A DNA stretch of 64,000 bases, from contig OX597815.1 in assembly GCA_951406725.2 (NCBI GenBank), positions 21,824,001 to 21,888,000 on the forward strand, in the 5' to 3' direction. Positions 41,487 to 54,145 of the stretch are shown piece by piece; within the stretch, counting starts at the first letter, position 1, and the number at the start of each line of letters is the position of its first letter. The notes beneath the pieces are model-generated. The model saw nothing but the letters and a program-made list of their open reading frames with translations, was not told where the DNA came from and ran no database searches. This DNA is from Octopus vulgaris (lineage: Eukaryota). Both the position numbers and the translations under genes were made by a program.

Positions 41487-41854
41487 ACATTACTCACTAG
41501 ATACTGGTACTAACCATTAGAGTACTGACAAATCGATAACACTTCTGAATACTGCTTACCACTTCAACACAGTTCTGACCTCAAAATAGCAACACTGGCT
41601 ACTACATCACAGTACTGACCACTAGATAACTGTAATGACCCATAGATAAGAATGCTGAGTACTATATTTCTGTAGTTACCACTAAATAATGGTAGTGAGC
41701 ACTGCATAACGCTACAGCAGTAGTGACCATTACATAATAGCACTAGTCGCTAGGGAAGGGAGCTGCCATTACATAACAGTACTGAACACTGCGTTACAAT
41801 ACTGACCACTAGAGAATAGCAGTGTTCACTAACAGTACTATTATCTATAGCAGT

Positions 41855-42229
41855 GGTGGAAGCACTCCGTCGGTTACGACGATGAGGGTTCCGGTTGATC
41901 CGAATCAACGGAACAGCCTGCTCGTGAAATTAACGTGCAAGCGGCTGAGCACTCCACAGACACGTGCACCCTTAACGTAGTTCTCGGGGATATTCAGCGT
42001 GACACAGAGAGTGACAAGGCCGGCCCTTTGAAATACAGGTACAACAGAAACAGGAAGTAAGAGTGAGAGAAAGTTGTGGTGAAAGAGTACAGCAGGGATC
42101 ACCATCATCCCTTGCCGGAGCCTCGTGGAGCTTTTTAGGTGTTTTCGCTCAATAAACACTCACAACGCCCGGTCTGGGAATCGAAACCGCGAGTCCGCTG
42201 CTCTAACCACTGGGCCATTGCGCCTCCAC
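41855..42229 (-). mobile_element. SINE family C, near full length
   Basis: Reverse complement of 41099-41486; TSD atctatagcagt at 41843-41854 and 42230-42241. Confidence 0.92.
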
Positions 42230-42448
42230 ATCTATAGCAGTACTGGCCTTTAGATAAGACTACTACATGATCGCACTTATGACTAGATAAAAATTCTGAG
42301 CACTGGATAATAGTACTGCCCAAACATCAAAATACTAGATACCGGGCAATGATAATTGTTTAATAGATAACAGACATGACTCCTGCACCAGAGTACTGGA
42401 CACTAGATAAGAGTAGTGACCATAAGATAATGATATACACTCTTATAT

Positions 42449-42645
42449 AAGGCGGCGAGGTGCCAGTACGGTTAGCACGTCGGGCAAAATGCTTAGCGGC
42501 ATTTTGTACGTCTTTATGTGCTGAGTTCAAATTCCGCCTTTCATCTTTTCGGGGTTAATAAAATAAGTACCAGCGGATCACTGAGGTCGATGTAAACGAC
42601 TTTCCCCTTCCCTGAACTTGCTGGCATTGTGTCAAAATTTGAAAA
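42449..42645 (+). mobile_element. SINE family A (alternative tail)
   Basis: aaggcggcgag...gagttcaaattccgcctttcatc. Confidence 0.85.
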
Positions 42646-44365
42646 CACATGGTTGGCGGACGCCAAAGTATAAGGAAATTACTCATGTTGATCTTAGTCT
42701 GCGTCACATTTTTATTGGCGATAGGATCCTTTCCAATCCCATTTATGCAGCTTTTGGCTCATAAGCCGAAAAAAATATGATCGTCACATTGTCTCATTCT
42801 CTTTCTTTTCAAATCTGAAGCTTTACTCTAACGTAAGAAATCAATCCCCGGCAGGGTATGGTGGTGATCCCTGCTGTACTCTTTCACCACAACTTTCTCT
42901 CACTCTTACTTCCTGTTTCTGTTGTACCTGTATTTCAAAGGGCCGGCCTTGTCACTCGCTGTGTCACGCTGAATATCCCCGAGAACTACGTTAAGGGTGC
43001 ACGTGTCTGTGGAGTGCTCAGCCACTTACACGTTAATTTCACGAGCAGGCTGTTCCGTTGATTTGGATCAACCGGAACCCTCATCGTCGTTACCGACGGA
43101 GTGCTTCCATCCACTAGTATATACGGTTATATATATATTTATGGCGAAAGTGAACTTTGTTTTCTGATATGCATATTTGGCGTAGTATGTGTGAAATGGA
43201 ATCTGTGTATTTATATGAAGGTGTTTGTTATTGGTAAACAACACTTTTTCCTTTATGCAAGTAATAATGACCATTTATGTTCTAATGTGTATGTATGATG
43301 AATATAATATCTAAATGTGAAAATAAATGTTTATGCTCATGAATATGTTTTTAAGTGTGTGCGCATGCGTGCGTGTGCGTGGGTGTATGAGTAGCGTAAC
43401 TTTAGATTTGTATCCGTATGCAGAAGATAAAATCAAGAATGAGAATTTGTTGGTGTGGTGGATAGGTTCCTGTGTGTGAGTGAGCGATAGTTTTGTGTTA
43501 GTGTTTAAGAATAGCTTATTTTTGACATTATGACCTATTGTATGACTACGCAAAAGCGAAATCTTTCTTACATTCCATACATCCAGCATTGTGAGTCAAA
43601 GCAGAACAAACCATTGGCCGAGTACTATCTCGTCAGTTCCGGCTAGCAGCAACCAATGAAAATTGCGGTTGATTGCAATTCAATAAATAGTGGTCAGTGG
43701 ATTCATCTGCAAAATTAAATTAAAAAAGCTCACACCATTACAGCAAAGCCTTTGGTAGCGGCGCTGATATGAGAAACAAATTAGATAGAATTATATTAGA
43801 TTTATTAACGGTAGTCTGGAAAACAAAGTATATATATAGTTCTTTTTTTTTATGTAGATTTTTGACATTTATACTGGCAACCATAGGTGCATTATTTTAG
43901 TCATTTCGATTTTGTTTTATTATTTGTTTTCGTAAATGTTTTCTATGTAATTCAGTCATCCAAAGACCATTACTACAGTATAATAGATATTTTTGATTCT
44001 ACGGACTAAGTCTGTCTTCAAATATTTCCGTCACTTTTGATCATAACGCATCACCCTCAGTACTATTAGCACCACAATGTTATCAGTAATCGCCATAATG
44101 TCTGTATTAATCTTTTGAGCATCTCTAGATCTACCAGCTTCCACCGTCTCCCCAGTAAGTCTATTGATTTCTTACGTTAGAGCAAAGCTTCAGATTTGAA
44201 AAGAAAGAAAATGAGACAATGTGACGATCATATTTTTTTCGGCTTATGAGCCAAAAGCTGCATAAATGGAATTGGAAAGGATCCTATCGCCAATAAAAAT
44301 GTGACGCAGACTAAGATCAACATGAGTAATTTCCTTATACTTTGGCGTCCGCCAACCATGTGTTT
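42643..44365. repeat. ~203-bp inverted duplication (42643-42845 vs 44163-44365)
   Basis: aaacacatggttggcggacgcc...aacgtaagaaatcaat and its reverse complement; about 3 mismatches by eye. Confidence 0.93.
42847..43108 (+). mobile_element. 5'-truncated SINE family C
   Basis: ccggcagggtatggtggtgatccctgctg...ccgacggagtgcttcc. Confidence 0.9.
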
Positions 44366-44484
44366 GCACCTCTATAAAGAATTTTGTAGCATACTAGCAT
44401 TAGAATCCGGAAAAATGAAGCACTGTGAAAATAGTAATCCTCGCCTTTTTGTTTTAGTATAGTCTCACGAAACAATAATAATAT

Positions 44485-44708
44485 CCTATTTCTTTATTAC
44501 CCACAAGGGGCTAAACATAGAGGGGACAAACAAGGACAGACATAGGTATTAAGTCGATTACATCGACCCCAGTGCGTAACTGGTACTTAATTTATCGACC
44601 CCGAAAGGATGAAAGGCAAAGTCGACCTCGGCGGAATTTGAAATCACAACGTAACGCAGACGAAATACCGCTAAGCATTTCGCCCGGCGTGCTAACGTTT
44701 CTGCCAGC
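44485..44708 (-). mobile_element. SINE family A
   Basis: Same core and tail as the other copies. Confidence 0.9.
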
Positions 44709-45399
44709 GTTTTGCATATTTTGTGACATTTAGCATTTCCATATACAAATCACTTTTTAAAGTATCTTTTTTTACCACTTATCATGGACACTAATCTCAT
44801 ATCACAAAACTATTTTCGGTAAGTTCAATGAAGACTTTCTAATTCATAAAATTATTTTTGCTAACTAAGCGCGTTTGTTCTTTAAGGGAACGATTAAAAT
44901 TAAATCTTTCAGAACGGGTAGACTGATGTTCTGGACACAAATTTATCGAAATAGTTACTGATTACAGAGTTGCCCCTTTTTGAATCAGTAGGCTGAAATA
45001 TATACTTGCACGAAATACATAGCTATCCTGAAGATACAATGGATTACGGGATTCACAATATTCACTAAAGCCAATAAAATCACATACACCAGTATAGACA
45101 CCTAACTATATACAGATCTTGAAAATAATTTTTCATTTTGAATCCAGTCTCCCTCTTACTTTCTCCGATCTACATAGATTTCTTTTGACTGCATACAATA
45201 GGAGACATAGATAGATACTTTGAGAGATAGACAGACATATAGATAGATAGAAAGAGGGAGAGGGAGAGGGAGAGGGAGAGGGAGAGAGAGAAGGAGAGTT
45301 AAAGTTGATTAAATCCTCCTGACAGGACTTAGTCAACTCAATCAATTGACGTCTTAAATGATGGAAGATAAAATCTAACCCGATGAAAATTATAATGTA

Positions 45400-46131
45400 T
45401 TGGGTTGTCCAGAAAGTTCGTGCCGAGTTTTAAAGGAAAGAAAAAGGTCAATAAATACTTGCCATTACGTTTTTAATCAACCAAATATGAACCATTTCGT
45501 TGCACAATGCATCTCCATCTTTCCTTTAACTTGAAAATACCCTCTTCCCAGAACTCAGGTGGTTTCATGGCAAAAAATTCATCAAGGTATCTTTTTACGT
45601 CATCTAAGACTATTCTGTAGAGACCCGAATAAGTGGAAATCCGAAGGAGCAATATCTGGTGAATATGGAGGACGGGGTAACACATCCCAGCCGGGCTACA
45701 GCAATTTTTGTCTGGTTCCCAAAGAAACATGCGGTTTTGCATTATCATGTAGGAAAACAACATCCTTCCTGTTGGCCAATTCTGGACGTTTCTCTTGAAT
45801 TTCTGCTTTTAACTCGTCCAGTTGTGTGCAGTATTTCTCAGAATTAATTGTCTGGTTACTTGGGAGAAGCTCATAGTACAGAATTCCTTTCCAATCCCAC
45901 CAGACACAAAGCAAGACATTTTTAGGGTGAAGACCCGCTTTTGGGGTGGCTAAGGGTGGCTTCATGTCGCTTACTCCAGGATCGCTTTCTCTGAACATTT
46001 CGGTAGATAATCCATTTCTCATCACCTGTCACAATTTGCTTTAAAAAAGGCGCGTTTTCATTCCGTTTATAAAGCGAATTACAGATGCAACTGATGCGGC
46101 CTACCGGCACGATAACTTTCGTGCCTGCCGA
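45400..46131 (-). mobile_element. Internally deleted mariner retaining the D,D34D catalytic region (pseudogene)
   Basis: TA|TTGGGTTGTCCAGAAAGTTCGTGCCG TIR, with a degenerate partner at ~46105-46131 followed by TA; IVTGDEKWI, LCVWWDWKGILYYELL, FLHDNAKPH, HPPYSPDIAPSDFHLF, LKERWRCIVQRNGSY. Confidence 0.93.
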
Positions 46132-46199
46132 TATTTTGCCCACACGACACTGGTTTTGGAGGGAAAAAATAAAATCGGGTACATTTTGATCGCACATTA

Positions 46200-46524
46200 G
46201 AAAGACTCCGCCGGTTACGGCGACGAGGGTCCCAGCTGATACGATCAACGGAACAGCTTGCTCGTGAAATTAACGTACAAATGGCTGAGCATTCCACAGA
46301 CACGTGTACCCTTAACGTAGTTCTCGGGGATAATCAGCGTGACACAGAGAGTGACAAGGCTGACCCATTGAAATACAAGTACAACTCATTTTTGCCAGCT
46401 GAGTGGACTGGAGCAACGTGAAATAAAGTGTCTTGCTCAAGGACACAACGCGTCGCCGGGAATCGAACTCACAACCTTACGATCATGAGCCGAATGCCCT
46501 AACCACTAAGCCACGCGCCCTCAC
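46200..46524 (-). mobile_element. tRNA-derived SINE (family D): different head and body, family-C-type 3' tail
   Basis: Perfect TSD gatcgcacatta at 46188-46199 and 46525-46536; A-box tggcttagtgg, B-box gttcgattcc; body gttgtgtccttgagcaagacactt. Confidence 0.9.
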
Positions 46525-47203
46525 GATCGCACATTAAATATACTCTGATGGTGCAGTATAATTTCCATTTCCAATTGGTTAAAAAAAATGTTACGTTCTC
46601 CAGTGTTATTCATTGAAATGCAAGATCTGTATGTCTTATTACAAGGAATATGTGGCATGCATCGCTGAACAGTTGTCAAACTATATGTTTTATGGTACTT
46701 GGTTCACAGCTTATGAACCCACTGCTTCGTGGGTTTATAAGGCCAATATAATTGATGCAATAGATGCAACTATATAATTGGAAATTAATTGATAAATACT
46801 GGAGGTGAAAAAGGCAAGCTTTACACTGGTGCGATTTGAATAAATTCATCGAAGATTGAAATAAAGATCTAAGTTTAAAGAACATAAATCACTCTGTCCA
46901 AAGATCGATGTTCACATCAGTTTATTATCATCCAATTATTTCATAACTATTAATTAAAATAGTTTTATATTTGGCATGAGGAATTTAGCTTCGTATTAAA
47001 ACTTCATTATTTCAGCATAGTAGGATTTCCGAACAGATTACATTGAGCTTTATTGTAACCGTTTCAAAGATTCATAGACAGACACATCAACGACTTTTCC
47101 AGTCGTTATGTATGTATGTATGTATGTATGTATGTATGTATGTATGTATGTATGTATGTATGTATGTATGTATGTATGTATGTATGTATGTATGTGTGTG
47201 TGT

Positions 47204-47243
<40 letters not shown>

Positions 47244-47274
47244 ATGTATGTATGTATGTATGTATGTGCATATC

Positions 47275-47672
47275 TTTTATCTTTTATCATATACTTGTTT
47301 CAGTCATTGGACTGCAGCCATACAGGAGCACCGTCTAACAAATCGACACCAGTAGTTATATTTTAAGCCTGGTGTTTATTCTATCGGTTTCTTTTGCCGA
47401 ACAAACCAGGTACCTTGGGCAAGTGTCAAGTGTCTTCGACTATAGAATCTGTCTGACCATAGCCTTCTTAGTGGATTTGATATATATATATATCTATCTA
47501 TCTATATATATATATATATATATAACGAATATGAGGAGTTTAGTTCACTTGTGATCTAAACGAATAGGTACGCTGGGTAAGTACCATAGTTGGTCAACCA
47601 TTAGGTTCCAAGATCAGAGCTAATGCTACTTCTAGGGATCTGTATAACACACACACACACATATATATATAT

Positions 47673-47723
<51 letters not shown>

Positions 47724-48005
47724 CACATACACATGTATACATATATATGTGTGTGTGTGTATATATATATATATGTATGTGTATTTGTGTGTGCGTATGT
47801 GTGTATGTTTTTGTGTCTGTGTTTCTGTCCCACCACCACTTGACCAGCGGTCTTGGTGTGTTGGCTTCCCTGTAACTTAGTGGTTCAACAAAAAGAGAAC
47901 AATAGAATAAGTACCAGGCTTAAAAAGGTTCTGTTGTCGATTCGTTCAACTAAAAAAATTTCTTCAAGGCACGTGCACGTTCTAATGACTGAAATAAGTA
48001 AAAAA
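47275..48005. mobile_element. Fragmented and rearranged SINE family B pieces around microsatellites
   Basis: Minus-strand tail 47275-47402, plus-strand body 47410-47480, plus-strand 3' half 47800-48005. Confidence 0.7.
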
Positions 48006-48894
48006 TAAACGATATATATATATATATATATATATGATAAATACACACATACAAACATATGTATATATCAAAGAGAGAGAGAGGGAGAGAGTGAGAGAGA
48101 GAGAGCGAGAAAGAGAGATAGAGAAAGAGAAAGAGAAGAAGAGAGACAGAGAAAGAGAAAGTCATAGCTGGGAAGATATGCTTGTATACCTTGAGAAATA
48201 CTTTTTGTTATGTATGTGGTTATTTCGACGTTCCCACGTGTCAATGAAAAGGAACTTTTTTCATGTTTTTTTATTGTGAACCATGAGCAATCAAGCGTAA
48301 TTTGTATGAAGCTTGATCGGTGACATTGAAGCGATGTAGTGGAACGATGCAGGGGACGCCCACCTTTGAATTGGAGAAAGTAAAGAAAGAAGATGAAATA
48401 AGAGATAGGAGAAGAAAAAAAACGGTGAAGCGAGATTCAAGACAAAAGAGTGAGTGATGTGAACGATGCGAACGATGGCGATGATGATATTATTAGCAAA
48501 AACAACAACAACAACCCTAACAGCAGCAATAGCAACCACAATACAACAGCAACAACAACAGTAATAACAACAAAGACAAAAATAATTATAATGATAATTA
48601 TAATTATCATAAAAATAATTATGATTATTATAATTATAAGTATTATAATTAAAAATAATTATAATGATAGTAATAATCCATCCGTCGGGATTAGAACAAA
48701 GGCCAAATACAAAGAAAATAATAAACAAGAATTATGGATTTCCATTGAATGATCGGGGAGATCAACAATAACAAAAATGACAAGCTATGATACAGATAAG
48801 AATACGGGAGTTATACCGTAATTAATGGAAAAGAGGGCATACGTTCTTGTAGTACGTCACGTCAGTCATTCCAATTGCCCTTGCTAGTAAAGTA

Positions 48895-50003
48895 ACTCTT
48901 CCTGTATGTAGAGGTACTACTTAGCATCACAAACGATGCACATGCACCATCGTTGAATCCAGCTCTTGAATCGTCTTTGAAAAAATTCACTTTTTCACTG
49001 GTGTGTCCACGTTTTTCATAGCTATTTTCACCTAGTTTGTCTCATAAAATTTTTGTCCCTGAAAGCTATTCTTCGTTGGAGAGCACAGATGGAAGTCAGA
49101 GAGTACCAGATCAGGGTTGTAAGGTGAATGGAATACCGTTGACTTCTCTAATATTCTGATTACTTGAGTGTTGTTACCAAAGATGTGTGCTGTCATGCAT
49201 TGTTATGGTGAATGTGGATAATTTTAAGCTTTCTGAATGTTTCAACGTACCGTTCGCTGTTCGCAGTGTAGCTATGTTCCAGAAATCAAGAAAAATGACG
49301 GTCTTGTCGTTCCTCAAACACCATGACATTTTGTGTTGATCCCTGGCTTTTTAGCATTTTAGGACTTAGAGTTGAAGTTTGACGCCATTACATGGATTGA
49401 GCCTTCGTTTTTGAGCCATAAAGAAATATCCAGGTTTCATCCCCTGTCACCAGGTCGGTAAAACACGTCTTCTTTGGCTTCAAAAACTTCCAGCAGATGA
49501 AAGCAGACTTCCTCAACTCTCTCCTTCAAATACGTTGTCAACTGTCGAGGAACTCAATCTTCCTGATATCCAGTGTTCCACCATATTAAATGCATTGTTA
49601 TTACAATCCAGTTGTGCAGCAACTCGCTGACTGTGACTGATCTGTCCGTACGAATCAATATGTCAACTCGCTGGCTATTCGTGTCAGTGATCATAGTTAA
49701 CGGTCTCCCACCGCATGGTTTGTTTTAGTGCTTGTTCACTTTCATTTAAGCATCTTCATCTATCTGTACATCTTGCTCTTGTTAATCTCCTTAAACAACT
49801 TGTAGGTTTCTTTCGTTATCGGACAGCTTCCTCTCCTCAAGAACTCAATGACGGCACTTATTATTTACTTACAATAAGAGAGAACATGATGAAGAGATAT
49901 TATAGCGGAAAAGTTATTCTAACAACATGTGCGATTTGAATAACCTATGTAAATAAAAATAAGTTAAGCCTACACTCACATTACTTTCGGCACAACCCTA
50001 GTA
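48895..50003 (-). mobile_element. Heavily decayed mariner
   Basis: 5' TIR-like TACTAGGGTTGTGCCGAAAGTAATG; LVTG/DETWIF near 49425-49455; C-terminal WIQRWCMCI near 48930-48963. Confidence 0.75.
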
Positions 50004-50839
50004 AATAGCGCTAAAACAAAACTACATACTGAACAAGAATGGACTCCGAAAATGAAGGTACCAATAAGGTATTCAAAGCGCACTACATACAAGCTGAGAT
50101 TACCCTGGCGCATCAAAGGCAAGTGCATTATCTCAGCTCTTGTCACCTGCCTACAGCCACATAATATTGGCTCATTTAGATGTCAGTTTTAACACTTGGC
50201 CAACTGCTTTGATGGTAGAAGCAAGTCGATTTATTCGGCCCCAGTGTTCAACTGTTACTTATTTCATCGACATCGAAATGATGAAAGGCAGACTCCAAAT
50301 CCTTCCAGGGTTAGCTTTACCTTTCACTGTTTCTTGGTCGTTAAGTAAAATATAAAGTATTGGGTTCAATGATTTTGATTAGGCTCTTCATTAAATTGCT
50401 GGCTTTGTGCCAAAATTAGAAACAAATATTCCTGCAGATATTAGACTGAATCAAATAACTTTTCCGGTCCATTTTACAAGAGGGGAGGGGGCGGTATTGT
50501 CCGAGAGTGGATTTATGCAGTGTGGGATGTTTTCAAGATTTTATTATCCTAAAGATGGTCCCATTAGAACATTCATATGGATGTGTTAATTAGCAACAAA
50601 AGTGGAAAAGAAAAAGATATATGTTGGAAATGGTATATAATTTATTCTTCTAGAAGCTCTAAACAGATGAGATAATCATTTATTAAAATCTAAAAGTTTT
50701 AAGAGAAAATGGAAACGAGATCCGCATAATTATTTTCGGTGCATAATCGGAATAAGTAGCTGTATGTAGTTTGTGAGTGTGCGTGGTACCTCCATCTATC
50801 CATCCATCCATCCATCCATCAATCTGTACCAAACTGCGT

Positions 50840-50907
<68 letters not shown>

Positions 50908-51204
50908 AAAATTAATAGTTATCGCCATACTAATATGGCAGTCTTATAAATATAAGACTAAAGCTGTCGCTGATTAGCTCCAAGAGGCTACCGCCTCAAG
51001 CTAGCTATTTGACACACGAACCTGCGTCCATTACAAACCTTTGAACTGGGACGATCACTTTTTTAACATGCATCTTGTTTTTCTGATATTAAACATATTT
51101 GAATGTTAAGCATTGGTTGGTTATAGAACCCTTTATCTAAATATTGTACACTCTTACATATTTTTTACATTCATTACTAACGTTTTACATATATTTTTTT
51201 CATA

Positions 51205-51345
51205 CAATTGGCATAAGGCCTGAAATTTGGTATGATAGAGGGCTACTTGCTTACATCAACCCCAGGGCACAACTGGTACTTATTTCATCAACCCTGAAAG
51301 GATGAAAAACAAAGTTGACCATAACAGAATTTGAACTCAGAACAT
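51205..51345 (-). mobile_element. SINE family A fragment
   Basis: aactggtacttatttcatcaaccctgaaaggatgaaa. Confidence 0.75.
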
Positions 51346-51355
51346 AAATTAGTCA

Positions 51356-51447
<92 letters not shown>

Positions 51448-51839
51448 AGATAGATAGATAGAAGGTGTTTATGTTGAAAAACATATGTTTGCCAGACATT
51501 TAAAAACGTTGTATCTCTGTCGATGGTCAGAAGAGCCATAAGCCTGCGTGAAATGTCGGCCGTCATGACTGTGCATGCATTTATCTGAAGGGAGAGACAT
51601 TTGCGTTATAGTTGGGGGTAAATGCTGCATATCATCGATTTCCTTTCCATCAAATTTGATAGAATGAAGACTGAAGGTTACTTTAGCGTAATTGGTTGTT
51701 AGCACGTCTGTTATAGGTATAGAAAAAACACCGTTAAAATGATTTATTTGTGTAGTTCTCGAAGCTTCTACATTTGTATTATAAGTATGTAGTTATACGA
51801 CTGAGTATACATACATACATACATACATACATACATACA

Positions 51840-51875
<36 letters not shown>

Positions 51876-52051
51876 CATATATATATGTATATATATATAT
51901 ATATATATATACATACGCACATATATGTATATACATACATACATACATGTACACACACACCTCTATATGCCATTGGCCAGCCCACCGGATAAGGTTACTG
52001 TAACGAGTCAACGAAACATTAAGTTGCATGGGGCCGAATCAAACTGTTTTA

Positions 52052-52107
<56 letters not shown>

Positions 52108-52126
52108 TAATAATGATAATAATAAT

Positions 52127-53015
52127 CAGTTGTTTGACCTTAATTAGTTGAGCATGTCCCTTAGTTGCTGACGATATGTGCATCTCTTATCACAAGCAGA
52201 AGTAGTGGGGGCGCATCATAGCCATGTATTGAAAGGAATTCTTTGGGGTTTGGATAATTCACCTTTGGAAACATGGGTGTTTCGTCCAACACCCTTAAAC
52301 AACCCTTATTCAGAGACCTTTTGAGCGGGATGGGCTACTGATCCCGAAGAAAACTTTAACTGGGACCCACCTGCAAGGTCATGCGCTGTCTAACTTGATA
52401 TGAGATGACCATGTCGCCCATATATGGTTTTGATGCATGTGCCTGGTGTACTCTTATTAGACGGGTAGCCATGATGGGTATACTGAGCTTCGTATATTTC
52501 ACTCCGGTGTCACTTTAATAGTAGTAGTGGTAGTAGTAGTATTGGCTCTAATGGCTTCTGGTCTTAACTTATTGGAAATGTTATCAAATATTCTGCTCAG
52601 TACCACAGATTTGCTTGTTAGTTGCTTGACCTTAACCAGTGGCTGACGATATGTGCATCTTTGATCTCGAGCAGAAGTAGTGGGGGAGCATCATAGCCAT
52701 GTTTTGAGAGGACTTCCTTATGGTTTGAATAATTCACCTCTGGAAACATGGGTGTTTCGCTCAACATCCTTAAACAACCCTTATTCAGGGACCTTTTGAG
52801 CGGGATGGGTTATTCGACCAGAAGAAAATTCTAATTGGTCCCTACCTGCAAGGTCATGTGCTGTTTGTCTTGATATGGGATCACCATGTCGCGCACACAT
52901 TTTTGTGATGCATGTACCTGGTGTACCTTTATCAGACGGGTAGTCATGATGGGTATACTGGGCTTCGTATATTTTACCCCAGAATCACTTTGATGGCAGC
53001 ACTGCTCTCTCAGTC
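52127..53015 (+). mobile_element. Two tandem copies (52127-52517, ~52540-53015) of the ~500-bp (AAT)n-associated element
   Basis: agcagaagtagtggggg..catcatagccatg...gacgggtag.catgatgggtatactg occurs twice; preceded by (AAT)n. Confidence 0.88.
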
Positions 53016-53520
53016 AATAATAGGATCATAGATATGGCGTGCCCAGCTGACAACAAGGTATGCGATAAGGAAGAAAGAAAAGTCGATAGGTATGACAGGT
53101 TAACTTGGGAGGTAAAGCAGTTGTGGTCGATAAAAAAGGTGTTAATGGTACCACTAATTGTCGGAACCCTGGAAACAGTGAGTAAAAATCTCGTGAAGTA
53201 CATGGAACAAATAGGGCTGCAATAAGGGTGGAACACTTGCAGAAAACAGCACTGCTTGTACACTAAAAGATGTAAGTGTACGCTGATAAAAATATATCTG
53301 TAAGGGAATTTGACAAATTAAGTAAATATAAGGAAATTGAAATACAAAAGACGCGGCATCTTAAAGCGAGAACTGTTCCTGTTATTGCGGGTGCCCTAGG
53401 TATGATAAAAATGGGATGTCAGAAACATCTAGATAATGTCCCAGAAACATCTAGATAATGACCAAAAGATTATGCTGACAAGTACTGCTCACATCCTTAG
53501 AAAAACACTACCAATTTAAA
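53016..53520 (+). mobile_element. Two fused C-terminal RLE endonuclease fragments of R4/Dong-like LINEs
   Basis: IIDMACPADNKVCDKEERKVDRYDRL..VPLIVGTL..LQKTALL and ADKNISVREFDKLSKYKEI..TVPVIAGALG; (AAT)n follows at 53672. Confidence 0.85.
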
Positions 53521-53702
53521 TGTCTCTGTTGTATTACATGAAGACATTTCGCTACTGCTCCTGCCAAAACCCCTGCCAAGCTTTCAGTCATACTGTAACA
53601 TCTCTTATCCTTCACTCGCTCTAGGACGCTAGGTGTGTCACGGCAAATGATTGTAACAAACATGCAGATTAAATAATAATGATAATGATAATAATAATAA
53701 TA

Positions 53703-53749
<47 letters not shown>

Positions 53750-54010
53750 GTAACAATAATAACATGTATATATTTTAATATATATATATATAAATTTGTT
53801 TACATATATGTGTGTGTGTGTGTGTGCACATTTGAGTGCGTATGTCTGTAGGTGTATGTCTGTATGTGAACATACGCTCACACACACTCATCTATATGTA
53901 TGGATACATACAAACAAATATATAATCACATATAGCTCTCTGCCAGACAGTCAAACTACCAAACTATATCAATTATCTACCTAGGTATCTACCTAGGTAT
54001 CAAACAACCC

Positions 54011-54145
54011 ATAAACCAACCAACCAACCAACCAACCAACCAACCAACCAACCAACCAACCAACCAACCAACCATCCAACCAACCAACCAGCCAACCAAC
54101 TAACCAACCAACCAGCCAACCAACCGACCAGCCAACCAACCAAGC
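54011..54145 (+). repeat. (AACC)n microsatellite
   Basis: Seen directly. Confidence 0.9.

Larger units (their letters stand above)
40935..42435 (+). repeat. Highly degenerate ~20-bp minisatellite (consensus about GACCACTAGATAACAGTACT) interrupted by two SINEs
   Basis: Example units: gaccactagataactgtaat / gacccatagataagaatgct / gaccattacataatagcact / gagcactggataatagtact / ggacactagataagagtagt. Confidence 0.75.

Noticed and set aside
40935-42435. CRISPR-like array (also considered for 1153-1222 and 11244-11325)
   Set aside because: Head-to-tail units without unique spacers, no cas genes, eukaryotic context
41184-43061. Repeated ORF MVVIPAVLFHHNF in three places
   Set aside because: Chance frame inside SINE family C
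48270-48365. Minus-strand acceptor plus possible terminal exon with AATAAA
   Set aside because: No recognisable peptide in any frame and the pyrimidine tract is low-complexity; needs RNA-seq
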